Source of the DNA: Psammoneis japonica | Taxonomy: Eukaryota | Length of the DNA stretch: 64,000 nt | Assembly: GCA_008632985.1 (NCBI GenBank) | Contig: QPGO01000066.1 | Coordinates: forward strand, 62,001-126,000 | Direction: 5' to 3' | In this document: piece by piece, positions 11,068 to 24,265 of the stretch | Layout: each line of letters starts with the position of its first letter | Position numbering within the stretch: the stretch's first letter is position 1 | Translations under genes and position numbers: made by a program | Notes under the pieces: model-generated | Databases searched by the model: none | What the model saw: only the letters and a program-made list of their open reading frames with translations | Told to the model about the DNA's origin: nothing

Positions 11068-13868
11068 TCATCCAAAGAAATAATTGGATGCAACCTGACG
11101 TTCGGCTTCGGCAAAAAGCATGTGAGGAGGACACGAGACGGATTTGCTGCGCCTCCTCCTCCGAGGGCGAGCATTCGTTGTCGCTTCGGATGAGGTAAAG
11201 GTCGAAACGGAATCATCGCGCTCTTCATCCACAGCGATTCTTGTTTCCGTGGCAGACACGGGAACTTCGGCAAAGAGCATGTGAGGTGGACACGACACTG
11301 TCTTTTTGCGACGTCGCCGTTGATCGGGGCCGGGTGTGACGGGAAACGTGTTTGCTGCCGGTGTCGTCATGGGAACTTCAGCAAAGAGCATGTGCGGAGG
11401 ACACGACACTGTCTTTTTTCGTTGCTTTCGACGAGTACGTCGCTGTTCACCGGCTTGCTCAATATCCGGAAGGGGTGTCACTTGATCGTGTACCTCCTCC
11501 ATCTCGTCCTCGTGTTCCTCTTCCATATCTTCTTCCTCGTCGTGTGGTTCGTTGTCTGTTTTCACGAGCTCTTCACTGTCAGCCTCCTTGTGCTCCGCAT
11601 CGCAAATAGCAGCTAGATACTCCTTCACCATGTCATCATCACTGTCTATCACTACCAGCTCCAGCTCTGAAAATATCTTTGGTAATAAGAAAAGCCGAAC
11701 CGGAATGCAAAGAGCAATAATGAGCGGAAAGGCAATGGCAATGGTCTTGATTGATTTCACCACAAAGAGTAAACCAAACAGGAACAATTGAATACCCGTA
11801 AACAAATGCATCCGTTTCGGTTTCATGTGAACCGTATACGGTTCGAGCGGATACTTGCATGGCTGCATAAAGTACATGAGGACGCGTCCCCAAAACTGGT
11901 TGGTACCCAGCGACACCAACCCCATAAAGAGAAAGACACCGTAGAGGACCGGCATGGGAATGACCTTGAGCACATCGAGTGCAAAAATGGACGCCAAACA
12001 AAGGAGATGGATAAAGAGATTCGTCAATCTTGTTTCCTGTACCGATACAATTTTCCCGTCGGGCGTCTTTTCGGCCATGGCATGAATATGGTTGAGCGAT
12101 CGGACGGTAAGCAGCCACCAGCCAGGGCAAACCCAAGAGCGAGTTGATGGCAATCTAAAGAAAAGAAGACAATTATCGTTGGTAGATGAGTGAGAGTTTG
12201 GACAACTAAATCATTCATAAAACCGCAGTTTAGACCTTCCCACTCGACTCACCATGACACCAATCACCAACGTGTCGTAATTGAACGCCTCTCCATGCTT
12301 GAGTTTATGGGTCGGATGATTGATTAAGTGCCACGTAATGCCATCGTCCAAAAACACAAGGATAAAGGCAAGAAAGGCGGGTCCTGCCGCGATAATGGGT
12401 ACGGCATTTTGGCCATTTAAATCAAACAAATCCACCAACCATGGTCGTTGCCGTTCCGGTTCGCTCTGATTGGGACAATCGTCGGGCCAGTTGGTATCAC
12501 ATCTGTCGTCGCAACAAGAGTATGTAGGAGCAAACGAGTCGGGGACGTTTAGAGTTTCCGTCTTGACGTCACTAAACGCCACGTTGCCAATTAGACACAT
12601 GACAACAATGGACGACACAACGGCAAAATCCGTGACAAAGTTGCGTGTCAATTGATTGGGCAAAAAGGGAGAAAACTTGACCTTGCGCAACAAAAAGGCC
12701 AAATACACGGTTCCGAGGCAAAGCATGAGCGACAGCAGGGCGGATGCCATGTAGGAATAGTCGGGATCATCTTCATGCTCGTCGTGGGACTTGTGGTCCG
12801 GATCAAAGTAGTAAAAGACACCCACGGGTGCAAAGGGGTTGTAGAGAGCGTTAATGATGAAAATGAAGGAGATTAACAGGCTAAAAATCTGAAAAAACAC
12901 AAAACGACAATAGGTTACAAACAGGCTGAGAATAACGAAATTGAACAATACAAAAACACAGAAGCACACTTGTCTATTGCATACCTCATCGGTAAAGCGG
13001 GAGGCGTAGGCAATGATTCGGTTCAATCCACCAAAGGCTGCAATCACCATGTAAATAAAGACCCAAATCCCGATCCAAGCATTGAATGTAAGAAAGGGAA
13101 CATTCATGCTGTCGGCCATGCGAACGAGAATTTCCGTAAAGGCCAAGACTGGACCCGTACCGCCATTGATCATCTGGATATGAGAAAAGAACAAAAGTTT
13201 TATGTGAAATCATCGTGTTGTTTCAAAGTTAAGAGCAGAAAAATCAACGTTTTCTATGACGTACCATTGGTTGTCCTCCAATCAGAGCATACACAATTCC
13301 ACACCACGAGGTGGCTGTAATCATTTCAACCGCTGTTTTCAAAAAGAATATAAAATCAGTGAGAATCTTTTCTCAATCTTCATAATAAATATATTGAGTA
13401 CACACACGCACTACACTACGATTCTATATTATACGCACCTCCAATCCAATTGTTGGTTGCCTTTTCATAGACGGCACCAAAGGTAATGGCGGGGGCAATG
13501 CACGCAAAGAATAGAAAAAACGACACGGCAAACACCTTGAGATTGAGATTGATCATTTCCTCCTTCCAATGAGTACCCACGGTGCGCTTGTAGTCCGCGA
13601 CAATGCCTCTGCCACATCCCGGGCCTTTGTTGACGAGTTTTTCTTGTGGATCTTGATTATCGTCATGAGACTCTTCTTCCACATAATGATCCACGGCTGC
13701 TGTGGTTGTATCCAACGTGGCGACTGTGTGACGGCCACTGATATCCTCATCCGCAACTGCTTTTCCATCGTCTGTACGATTCTTTCCATCTTTGTCATTC
13801 ATCATTGGAAAGGTCTCAGACCTGTGATATTCAACAATGGGAGCGCTATTCCACCTTCGATACGACAT
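11068..13868 (-). CDS. SLC4: SLC4/Band-3 family bicarbonate/borate transporter; exons ~13868-13439, 13332-13265, 13173-12985, 12888-12253, 12154-11068, with a +1 frameshift at ~12109
   Basis: Motifs FLFFACIAPAITFG, YALIGGQPM, GGTGPVLAF, RFTDEIF, HKLKHGEAFNYD, GLPWLVAA-TVRSLNHIHAM, VQETRLTNL and IPMPVLYGVFLFMG. Four canonical GT-AG introns. Confidence 0.93.
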
Positions 13869-14939
13869 TGTCTTTTTGTTTTGTTATTTCTACTCGTAAG
13901 GATGATGCTTGACAGACATGGGAATTGTTTTTTGTGTGTTATGCGGGGAATGAGTGATGGTGAGTGTGATTGCACGGCGGGGGGGTTCGGGTTTTGATTT
14001 TTCAAAAAGGAATCCTGCAAATTCAGGTTCCTCAGAGTTGAAGTTGTGACGTCGTAAATTGCAGAGAACGCTTTGATTGCGTCACAATACCGGACATGCG
14101 TAGAAATACACAGGATTGTGTCGACGGTGCTAACATGACGAGTAGCGACAAAAGCCTGCACTCAATTTTTGCAAAACAAAACTCTGTTGCAACACTGATG
14201 TTGTCTTGTTTGTGTTTCAAAACATTTACAATTTGGAGAAATCTGCAGTTTTGAGTCTGGTTTGCATGAAGCTAGAACACAGTGTCTTGAGCGCCAAGAC
14301 ACACATTTCTTTCAATTGTTCCAAACAAGTGCATCTGTGACATTTGAGTGTGGCAAGTGCCGACATTTGAACAACTGGCATCTTGTCATCATCAAATTTT
14401 GCACCCATCATCGCCCCTTCCCAACACTTGACTCCTTGTCTGCAACAGTTTTTGGAGCTGATGGAGTCAAATGATGTGGGGGCAGAGTGTCTGCTTCATC
14501 TGGGACACCAACAATCCAGGTGTCGCGCTGGCCGTCAAGATTTCTTGAAACAAAACCCGACATTTTCTCCCTTTAATCCAAGATCGTGCTGATTTGTCAA
14601 GTCAGCTTTTCTGAAATGTTCAACATCAAACATCTGTGTTCCTCAATTCAACCATTTGCCCCCCCATCCCACAAGCCTCATGTGCACATTTGATGCTGTT
14701 TTAATTTCTGGATTGTGCGTCAATCAACTTTCTGGATCAAAATCGCCGCCTGTGTCTGTCAACCGAGATTCTAATTGTTTTCTCAATTTTCTCTCCCTGC
14801 CCATTCCATCCTTTCTTCCCATCCATCCGCACGTTGCATCTCCATGTTTCTGCCCTCACCATGTCCCCAAGTGATTGTTGCCGCACCCACTCTTTCCTTT
14901 CGACTCTCTTCTCAACTCCTTCGTCTGTGTGCACAGGCC

Positions 14940-17900
14940 ATGTCTTCTGATGGTCTTGTTTGTCCATGGTGTAAACGAACCGGTTTCTTTTCCGAGCGTG
15001 GCCTCAGCAGGCACATCGCAACTAACTGCCTCCGTTCCGCCGTTTCCACCAAGTCTTTTGGTTGTCCTCGTTGCGGACAATGTGGACTTGACTCTGAAAA
15101 CAACGTGCAGCATCACCCATCTCAGCACTGCACCGCAGCATCTGGTCTCCATCCCCCATTGACACAGTTGCGCCATGCAACCCAATTGTCTTTCCTCTCA
15201 TCCTCTGGACTCTGCCTCCGTCGGCTCCCTTGGATCCAACACCAACAAACCCAAATGTCCCCATTGCCGCGCTCCCTTTTCCAACATCACCCTTCATCTA
15301 CAGAAGCACTTGCCCTGCCGTGAAAAGGAGGAAATGTCCCTTCGCCTGCATGCCACATCTTCCACTGCCACCCACGCACTTCCCCCTCCAGACGACGACC
15401 ATGATGAATCACTGGACGACCATGATGATCCTGCTGGGTTTGGTTTCTCCTGCGACAAACCCCCTCCTCCCCTCCCCAAAGTCCTTTGGAATCCAGCTCC
15501 ATCTCCTCCCACACCAACGGACAATTCTTCTCCAGCTTGTCCTCCCTCTGCCAGAAGTGGACTGTGCCCACCCTCCGTCAGACGCTCTGGTCGATTGCGT
15601 TCAGCCGCCAATGCTGCTGCCGCCAGTGCAGCCTCCCAAAATGTCTGCCGATTTGTTTTGTTTGCAGATGATGGTGTGTCCGCCCTTGGAGAGGACAGTC
15701 CTGTGGATGTTCCTGAGTTCATTGGAGCCGACCGTCACGATGGCAGTTGTGGCCCCCCCTCAATTTCCCGTCCGACAGAAGATCCTGTTTCCTCCCTCGA
15801 TCAACACAACCCTCTTGGCCCGCCGCGTGACATCACACCCGATGAGGATTTCGATGTGCCTCCAGTCTGCTCACCCAGCATTGCACCCATGGCATGTTTG
15901 CTGCATTTGTGTCATCGGTCAGGTGTTGCAATTGACTTTGTTGACAAAGCAATGAGAACTCTGCATGAAGAGCATGCAGAAAAAAGACTGGATTTGTCAA
16001 AGCCACCCATCACTGCCGCCGTGGCGATGAAGCAACTCCTGGGGTCATTTCCCAATGTTCCTCTCCCCCGCACTGCTGCTGTGATGCCAGAATGTAACAA
16101 CCCAACACAGCAACAGAAGGATGGCCCCAAATGTCGTCGCTCCCCACCTTTCCCGGTTCGCAGCTTCACCGAGACCTTGCAGGATCTCTTCACCGAGCCA
16201 GCATTCCGTGATCTTTCCAAGTTGCAGGTTAATCCAAATGATGTCTGGTCACCTTGTGTGCCACCTCCCACTGACGGCGATTTGGAACCCAGCGCCAGCC
16301 AGGCTGATGGTTTTGAGATGTCGTTCCCGGGTTGTCCTGGTGACTGGCGATTGTCCACTCAAAGTCAAGACATGGGTGACGGCAAGTGGCAACAACGTTG
16401 CTCCAATGCCAAGGAAACGGCATCCGATTTTCACGTTCACCTTGTCAATTGCTCGGACAAGACCGGAGCCAATGCGGTCAATCCTCACAGGATGGAGCCT
16501 GCAATGCACTCACTTGCCATGATTTGAGAGGATGCATGCCGTGACTGCCGTTGTTGGCGTCCACTCAGATTCACACCCAATTTGGACAGGAAAGACAAGA
16601 AAGACAAGCTTGGGCACCTTGTTGTTGCCAACTGTTGCCGCATTCTCAAGGAGGTCCTCTGTGGTCTGCTTCATTGCCAGGCAAATCCACCCATTGTTCG
16701 TGCAATGATGGGCACTCAATGCGCCATGTCAGAGCTGTGATGCATTGCAACTCCCTGTTGGGGGACATCCTCAATCAAGAACACATTTGTGGAAGAGTCA
16801 CGGGCCGAAGCAAGACGACCGAGAAGTTGTCTCACAACTGCCATGTGCCCTCCCGCCGTTCTGATGACCCCCCTCATGTCTGCCAATTTTTCAACCAAGC
16901 TTTCATTGAGTTGCTCACTGTGGCTGCATTGGGTCTGGATCCAGAGGATGACAACAGCCATTGGCACCAGCATGTTGAAAGCATTTCCCGGAAACATCAC
17001 ACAATGACGTCAAAAAAAAGGCTGAGACTGAGCTGGCTTCATCCCTCATTTGCCGAATGACCACATGCTCCAAAATTTTGAGAAAAGTGTTTGGACAGCA
17101 CGCGGTGGACAATGCTTGCTTTCCACTTGACATGGGCGACAACCCACGTGGTGCATTTGGCATGACCGTTGCTGACATGATGCATGTGTTGGAGGCGGGC
17201 ATTGTCCCTCAAATGATGGAGGCAATCATCGGAGAGATGTCTGCCAAACAGAAAGAGGAATGCGACCGCATTGCATCTGAGTCATTCTGCACATCCCATT
17301 GTCGTCCAGGTCAGAGATGTGACTGCCCGCGAATTCGAGTTAACGGGGGACTTTCCACACTTGGTCAACTTGCGTGTGACGAGAAGATGGGAAAGCTTCT
17401 CGCACTTGCAATCATTGGTCACACTCACGCTGGTAGAAAACTGCTGGAAAAAGGTGTGATCCATCCTTTGACAGCAAAAAGAAAAAGATGGCTGACAGCT
17501 TTAAAGGAAAGAACCAACAAGATGAACAACTGACCAAATCATCAGAAAGTGAACCCGACGATGAGGACACTGAGCCCTTTGAACCATCCAATGAACAAAC
17601 CGGCACAACAAACGCAAGCCTGGTCGATGAGAATGTGGCTGTGGCACTTCCCAAAGAGACATGGTCTGATGTCGCCTGCGACCCATCCGATCTTCATTGC
17701 CGAAACCATGTGATGCAACAGATGCATCGTCACGGACTTTCTGAATTTTGGGAACCATTTTCCAAGCAACTGGACAACGATCGCTTTTTGTTGTGCCAGA
17801 AGATTGTGTGGGACAAAACAAAATCGTTGAGATGGAAACAACGGGCTGTTGAGACTTCACCTGAACAATTGTTGATGCCCGGACAACATGGTCACATTGT

Positions 17901-19245
17901 TGAATCGGTGGATGATCGGGACAACTTTGCAAGGTGTGCAGATGGACGGCACTGTTCACTCACCAAGTCAAAATTGCCAAGCACTGTCATCCATGCGGAA
18001 ATAGAAAACAAACTTCCTCAAGCTTTTATGAAGATGGCAGATGACGAAACTGCAGCCGAAAAATCCGTCGATTGTGGAGTCGATGAATTGTTGGACTTGT
18101 TGCATCACATGCTGCTTTTCCATTCATTTTGTCTGCATGGAAAGGGACTTTGTGGAAAAACAGGTGAGGTGCATTTCAAGTGCCGAGTCGTCCTGCTCAT
18201 GTTCAAGATAAAAGCATGCCTTCGTCACGCAAGGAACACTTGTTTGTTCCGGACTGCCAAGTTCCATTCCATGCTGCATCTCGTTGTCGACTCGTTCCTT
18301 TGTGGCCAGATTGCGAATTTCTCTGCCATGATTGGAGAGAGTCACCTGAAGTTCTGGGCCAAGCTTCCGGCAAAAACTTGCCAGGTTGCATTGGGTGCAG
18401 ACAATTTCTTGGACCAACTCGTTGTGCATTTGCATGACATGGCAGTTCTTGAGAAGGCACACAGCCTTCTTGTCCCTTCCACAGTTGGACAGGCGAGCGT
18501 AAATTCCTCTAAAGAAAAATTGATGCACCCCTTGTTTGTTGTGAACAGAACTGCACGAACTTGCTGTCAGTGTTCAGGTGGCAAAAAGATCCGTGTCATC
18601 CCGGAAACTGCAGAATTGGACTCTACCCTGCTTGAGTTTTTGTTGTCGCCAACGGAGGAACTTTGTGTCAAGCGCAATGAAGCAGTTGTTTGCTCGGAGT
18701 TTGCCATGCCAGAGAAAGGGATTTTAATGCGTGGACACCCCAATTGTGACAACAATGGGTTGTGGCACGACACACCCAGGGTCTTACACGAAGAGGGAAC
18801 AGGTCAGAAAAAAAGGTGCCTGTTTGTGCTCCGTGGTTTCGTGTTGGCTGACGACGGAACAACGCCGCTTGCCGCAGGACAGTCATGCAAGGAACAGACA
18901 AAGACGTTGTGTGACAAGTCTTCCAATGGTGTTGTCGAGCACTGGGAACTGGAAACAACAACTGTTGGTCGTGGCAGAGAGTCTCAGATGATCCCAAAAT
19001 TTCGGCATGCCAGCAGAGACACAATGGCAGCGGGTGGTTTCTCTGTCCTTGTTCCTGGCAACTGCAATGAAGACAACGTTGAAGCGTTGGGATGCTCGAA
19101 CTCAATGTTGTTTGTCACAGACAGACACAATGACTGGCCGAATTGTTTCCTGTCCAACAAAGTGATCCAGCTTCACCTGGACAAACGCAGGAAGCGAGAC
19201 AAGGAGAAACGACAATGCACCTTGGGAAAAAGGAAATGTTCGTAA
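14940..19245 (+). pseudogene. Plavaka-like transposase with N-terminal zinc fingers, frameshifted
   Basis: Zinc fingers CPWC..LSRH..C, CPRC and CPHC..LHLQKH..C. Core motifs VNCSDKT..RMEP, LLGD..QEHICGR, VDNA..DMGDNPRG..TVADMMHVLEAG, TAKFHSMLH..GESHLKFWAKLPA, and MRGHPNC..GLWHD (cf. R.HPNY..G.WYD). Confidence 0.75.
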
Positions 19246-19300
19246 AGAGTTCACTGCAAAAGGTGTGTCAACCTGTCTAACAGCATCTGTTGGCACCACT

Positions 19301-19411
19301 CATTGTTGCTCCTTCTGTCAGCAAGTGTGTTGAAGAGCATTGTTGCTCCTTCCATCAGCAAGTGCGTTGAAGAGTGTTGTTGCTGCTTCTGTCAGCAAGC
19401 ACATTGAAGAC
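19301..19411. repeat. Tandem repeat, 3 x 37 bp
   Basis: Unit CATTGTTGCTCCTTCTGTCAGCAAGTGTGTTGAAGAG at 19301, 19338 and 19375. Copies differ mostly by TG/CA/CG swaps. Confidence 0.9.
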
Positions 19412-20725
19412 CAGTGGCATGCCAACACATCTAAAAGTGCTGGTCAGCCCTGCTCAGTTTCGATTCTTGGAATTGGAACAAACCCTTCTGCTTTGTCAAG
19501 TCATGCTTTGACTTGACAAAAGAGCAAACATCAACATGAGTTGACAAATCATGCCATTGATCACAAATGAAATGTCCCACCCTGTGTTCCGATTCGTCGG
19601 GCCACAAACCGCTTGTCGACTTGGTCGAATGTTCCACAGAGTGAATGGGTGACACACCCCGATCGCTCGACACGAGGCAGCATGGATCCTTGCGCAACTT
19701 GTTGTTCATCGATTGACATTCCCTGCAGCCTAGTTGGTCACATTTGGTGTGGCCTCAATTTGGTGTCAAGGCTGTTTTCCATGCTGAACGGGTCCAGATG
19801 CACCGGCGGGGGACAACGCCCAGATGGATTGTTGGTCAACACTGCAGGTTGAGCAGGGTGGAATGTCATCGGGAGAGAAGTGCGATGCATCGGACGGAAA
19901 AAAGATTCGTTGGTTCCATTTTGGCAACGTGGCCTGACAGGCAAGGGATTGGGTGTGATTCTTCAGGGTGGGATCATTTTGAGGTTGTTGTTTTGCAAAG
20001 GGAATGACAAGGCTGCGGAGTGCAAGAAATGGAGTCACCCAAACGATGTCTGTTCGCTGCACAACATGAGTTGATCAGCAACTTGGACAAGATTCGGGAG
20101 AATGTGGTTTGCTGTGGGAGATGCACTTCACATCACGATGCTGTGCAGGCCAGTGTCAAGTGCATGAGCAAAAAAGTGGCACCAAAGGTGTTCATCACCA
20201 GACAAATGTGTTGACAAAAAACTGACACCAAATTCTTGTGTTGACACATGTGTTTGACAATGGAAAAGTGATGCCGAATTGTTTTGTCAACAAATGATTG
20301 CAACAATAAAAAAGTGATGCCAAGTTGCTCTGTCAACAGATGAGTGCATTGCTGAAAAAGTGACAGTTTGTTTGTGGTGCGGAATGTTGGATGGAAGCTT
20401 TTGCTTTGTGTCTGCCGCTGTGGTGATGTGAAAATATCTCACATCATCACTGACAGGATTGTGAGCAACAAAATTGTTTTCCATGCTTTTGAGATGGCTG
20501 GGATGACCCATTTGATGAGATCATTCAGCAAACAGGATCGACGAAGATCACATCACATGTGGCTGTTTACGAAAAAAACGTCTGTGGTGCACCTGACAGA
20601 CAGACCAGCGTTGCCAAAACATCACAGGGGACTGTTTGCGAAAAAAACACCCGTGGTGCACACGAACAGATGGACTGCCGTTGGCAACAGCCATTTGGCG
20701 AGAAAGCCGTTTTCGTTGGAAAGCA

Positions 20726-21587
20726 ATGGGTGCGGACTTTCGCTGGATTGGGTCTGTTCCACTGAAAGAAAAAGACTGGGTGCCATTTGATTTTGTAGAA
20801 CAGGCATTTTCAGAGAATGGCGTGGAAGTGTTCTGTGAATGGATGCCGGAAATTTGCCCGTTGGCCGACAACGTTGTGCCAGAAACATGGCAAGTTACTG
20901 ACACACCTGGGCAAAATGAATTCTCATGTCGTCAAGAGCAAGAAGGCGGGGTCCAAAGAAAGAGAGCACCAGGAAAGAAAAAAAGGCTGCTTGCAAAAAT
21001 TCAAAACACCACCACCCCTGCTCAACAAGATGACAACACTTGCAAACAAGGCACCAAGCAGGAAGGGAGAAAACCAAGGACACCATTTTGTTGGTGAGCT
21101 CGCCATTGACAAAAAGGAAAAGGCGGAAGGTGTTGGGTTGGAAGAAAAAATGTTGGAGTTAATTCCTGGCTTTCCCCCAGCAGGTGATTTGAGCAGAGAG
21201 ACATCCGGGCACACAGCAGCAAACGCTCCTGCTTCAAGTTCAAGATCTGACTTCTGGTCAAAGGGGGAAATTCATCGCAATTACGTGGCAACAAAATTGT
21301 CACCTGGCAACAAAATTTTCACCATGTTTCTGTTCCTCGATGACACAACGGAGCACAATGGTGCAGTGGAGACATGGCCGGACAGTTGTGAGGTGACATT
21401 GAATGAGAAGGAATGCGAAAGACAATTGGTTGGGTTGGGTTTGGAAAAACAATTGCTGGTTGGAGAAGCAGGCACTGCATTTGTTTTTGATGCAAGAATG
21501 TTGCACCGAGCTTTGCCTGACAAAACGAATTCGGATCGAAGGAACATGGCATGTCCAGTCCACAATTTTGACACAGCAAGCATGTGA
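20726..21587 (+). pseudogene. PhyH-like 2OG-Fe(II) dioxygenase carried inside the Plavaka-like element
   Basis: F.ENGVEV at the N-terminus, IHRN (likely from HRD by CpG decay), TMFLFLDDTTEHNGAVETWPDS and GEAGTAFVFDARMLHRALP..R. Frameshift near 20930. Confidence 0.7.
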
Positions 21588-21829
21588 ACATGGCAAGCGT
21601 GTGAACAAGTGTGTGTTGGAATGCAAAACTGGTGAAGCAGCAAGTTAATGCAGGTGCAAAGTGGGCATGTGCAAAGGGCTAATTAACAATGCATTGCTTG
21701 CATGGACGACAGTTGCATTGTGAACAAAGTGGAATTGCAAAGTTGCCCACTTTTGGCAGGCTTGAATTTGCGTTTGATGTCAGACCCCAGGTCGTTCCCA
21801 GTGGAATGCCTGGTCTCCACGGCATCGTC

Positions 21830-22508
21830 TCTTTTCTTGGTGCACTTGTGAAGCAGGTGCCCATCGACACCGCCTCCCCACGACAGATCGTCTGGACAGG
21901 CAGGAACAAAGAATGCTTCATGCCTCCATTTGTGTGCGTGTCAACAAAAAACATCACATCCAATGAAATGACAACAGCACCTTCAGGACACTCATTGGAC
22001 AGCATCTCCTTGAGTTGGTTCTGTGTCGCGTTGTTGTCAAAAAGCATTCGCCCATTGCAGCTGTTGAAGAAAATCTTTAAGTTGTTCAGACGGCACAACC
22101 GACGCACAGCATCGTCTTCGGAGAGGAAGTCCTGATTGATCAGGGTCGGAAAGCGACTGGCATTGTTGTGCCATGTGGCATTGCACCACTGAGAGCCAAG
22201 ATCATTACGGGGGCTGTGGAACTTGATGCTGCAGGCATCACAGGCAGGAACAAGCAGAGGACAGGCAATCGCAAAACCGCCAACACCACCACCAACGTCG
22301 AGGAAATTAAAACGGCTTCGAATTTGTGCTGCAAAGAGAGTGGGGTTACAAATGACCTCGGCGGAGAAGGCAAAGCGTGCCGCACCACCGTGTGGTTCCA
22401 CAACACCACCAGCAAAACGACCAATTTGATCATCAATTGGCGGCATGTGATTGCAACAGAGGGAACACGCAACAACTCACGACAACCATGTCTCAGTGAC
22501 AATGACAC
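21830..22508 (-). pseudogene. DOT1-like SAM-dependent methyltransferase carried inside the Plavaka-like element
   Basis: Motif I FLDVGGGVG (~22280-22305), then QDFL, KIFFNSCNG (cf. VNNF) and CPEGAVVISLD (cf. G..IISL). After a frameshift comes DDLSWGGG..HLLHKCTK (cf. the VSW..YY end of DOT1 domains). Confidence 0.6.
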
Positions 22509-23111
22509 ACTTCAGTGGACATTAAAGTGGATTGGAAAATTTGGGCAACAGAGAGAGCAAATGGACAAATGTGGTGTTGGGGAAGCAGAGGGAATGATGC
22601 ATGAAGACAGGGATGACAAACAGGAGGTTTGACATGTCTCAACATGCAAAATGAGGCAGATGTTGCATCCAGAAGGAAGCGCAATGCATGCGTTAACACA
22701 AGGAGATGTGACATGTTGTTTGGCATTGATTTGAATGATGTGGTGAACTTCATTGGTGCATTGGATTGGCTGACAAAGGTGCACAATTCAAAACAGTGAA
22801 ACGTTGACAGAAATGCAAACATGGGGTTGGGGATGAGCACTCAAAAATGACACAAAGACCTGTTTGAATCGAGAGAGGACACGCGAGCAACGACAAAACC
22901 GAGAAAATCACATGCAAAAGTGCACTCATTTTGCAACTGACCTTTCATAAAGCAACAGGAAAGGACGGAAGTTCCAAACAAGAGGAAGCCATTGGGAAGG
23001 TAAAAAAAATGGAGGTGCGGTTCTCACTGGAGCAATGGAGGGAGGAAGTGCAACTTCCAGTGGCAAGTGAGATTGAGAAAGGACACGACAAAGAGTTGCT
23101 GATGAACTGAC

Positions 23112-24265
23112 ATGGTCATTGGATTGATCTGTGTGGTGTCACATGAAGTCACCATAAGTCCTGCGGTGGCAGCCTTGTTGCATGCACAAAGAAACGAACA
23201 TGGGGAATTGAACAGATTCCAGCATGCAGGTGGCGATTCAAGTTCGGTGGTGACTCCCACAGAGGGATGTCTTGTGTTGGATCGTGCACCTGCGGTGGGC
23301 AAGAAATTGATAGCATCGATGTTGACTGAGGTTGTCAATGAGAGTGTTTGGCCACATCGCAAGTTCACAATCTTCGATCATGAACTCGCCGTGGGAGGAG
23401 ATTGCATGAAATTGGTTCTGCAGGAGTTGAGGAGCATGGCATCTTCACCGGAGAAGTTCTGGGATGAATGCAAAGAGGTGTTCAGGACCAAACTCAACCA
23501 AAAGAGGAACAATGTGTGGGACAACATCAGGAGGAGAATGACAGGCAAGCAGATGTGTGCGTGCCGGTGATTGTGTTGGAGGCGATTGTCCAACGGGATG
23601 AGTGTCTCTTCCTTTTGTGTCATCTGTGCAGTTGCTGCTTTAGAGGGATCGCTGGTGGATTACGAAGACTTGACAAAGGGAAGAAATGACAAGGACACAT
23701 GCACGTGGTTCTTGGAAACTGTGGTGCCCGGACGGTGGTGGGACAAGCGCAGTTTGGTGGAAGCACAACCGACATGCTTCAGGAATGGCTTTTGGTTTCG
23801 TCGGAGGCATTTGCTCTGCCAGTGTGCTTGAACTGCTGCAACAAGGTGCAGGACACGGCAGAGAAATTGGAAAAGGAAGAAAATGTTGCAAGGAGAAGAA
23901 AGCCAACTGTGAAAGATGCTGCTCCTGCAAAGTGCACAGTGCAGGCGGCGGGGGAATCGGCAAAGAGGAACCAAGGATGGAGCAAGGAGGGGATCAAGAA
24001 GCACAATGATCTGTGTCAGTGGGTGGTGAAAGACAGAGAGAACAACCAGGGATTTGGTGCATGGTTCAAGGAGAGAAGGCGGGAGAAGACAAACTTGTCT
24101 CAGGAGGAAAACAAGAAACGCAAAAGAGAGGAACAAAGAAAGGAGAGAGAGGAAGGATGGGCGGCGCCAATGGGAGAGGACCTGCCATTGCAGGCGGTGG
24201 CTGCAGGCAATGGAGCGGCAGCAAACAGTGCAATGGCCACCAACCAAACTGGTGTGCAAACGTAA
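23112..24265 (+). pseudogene. Companion ORF typical of diatom Plavaka/CACTA-like elements
   Basis: VWPHRKF...FWDECKEVFRTKLNQKRNN, SSEAFAL..CLNCC and KCT..GWSKEGIKKHNDLC..V.KDR (cf. S.EAFAL..N..YT..GWS.EG..RFN.L..V..DR). A probable intron lies near 23543-23644. Confidence 0.55.

Noticed and set aside
19301..19411. CRISPR-like array
   Set aside because: The 37-bp units are directly adjacent with no unique spacers and no cas genes, in a eukaryotic context.
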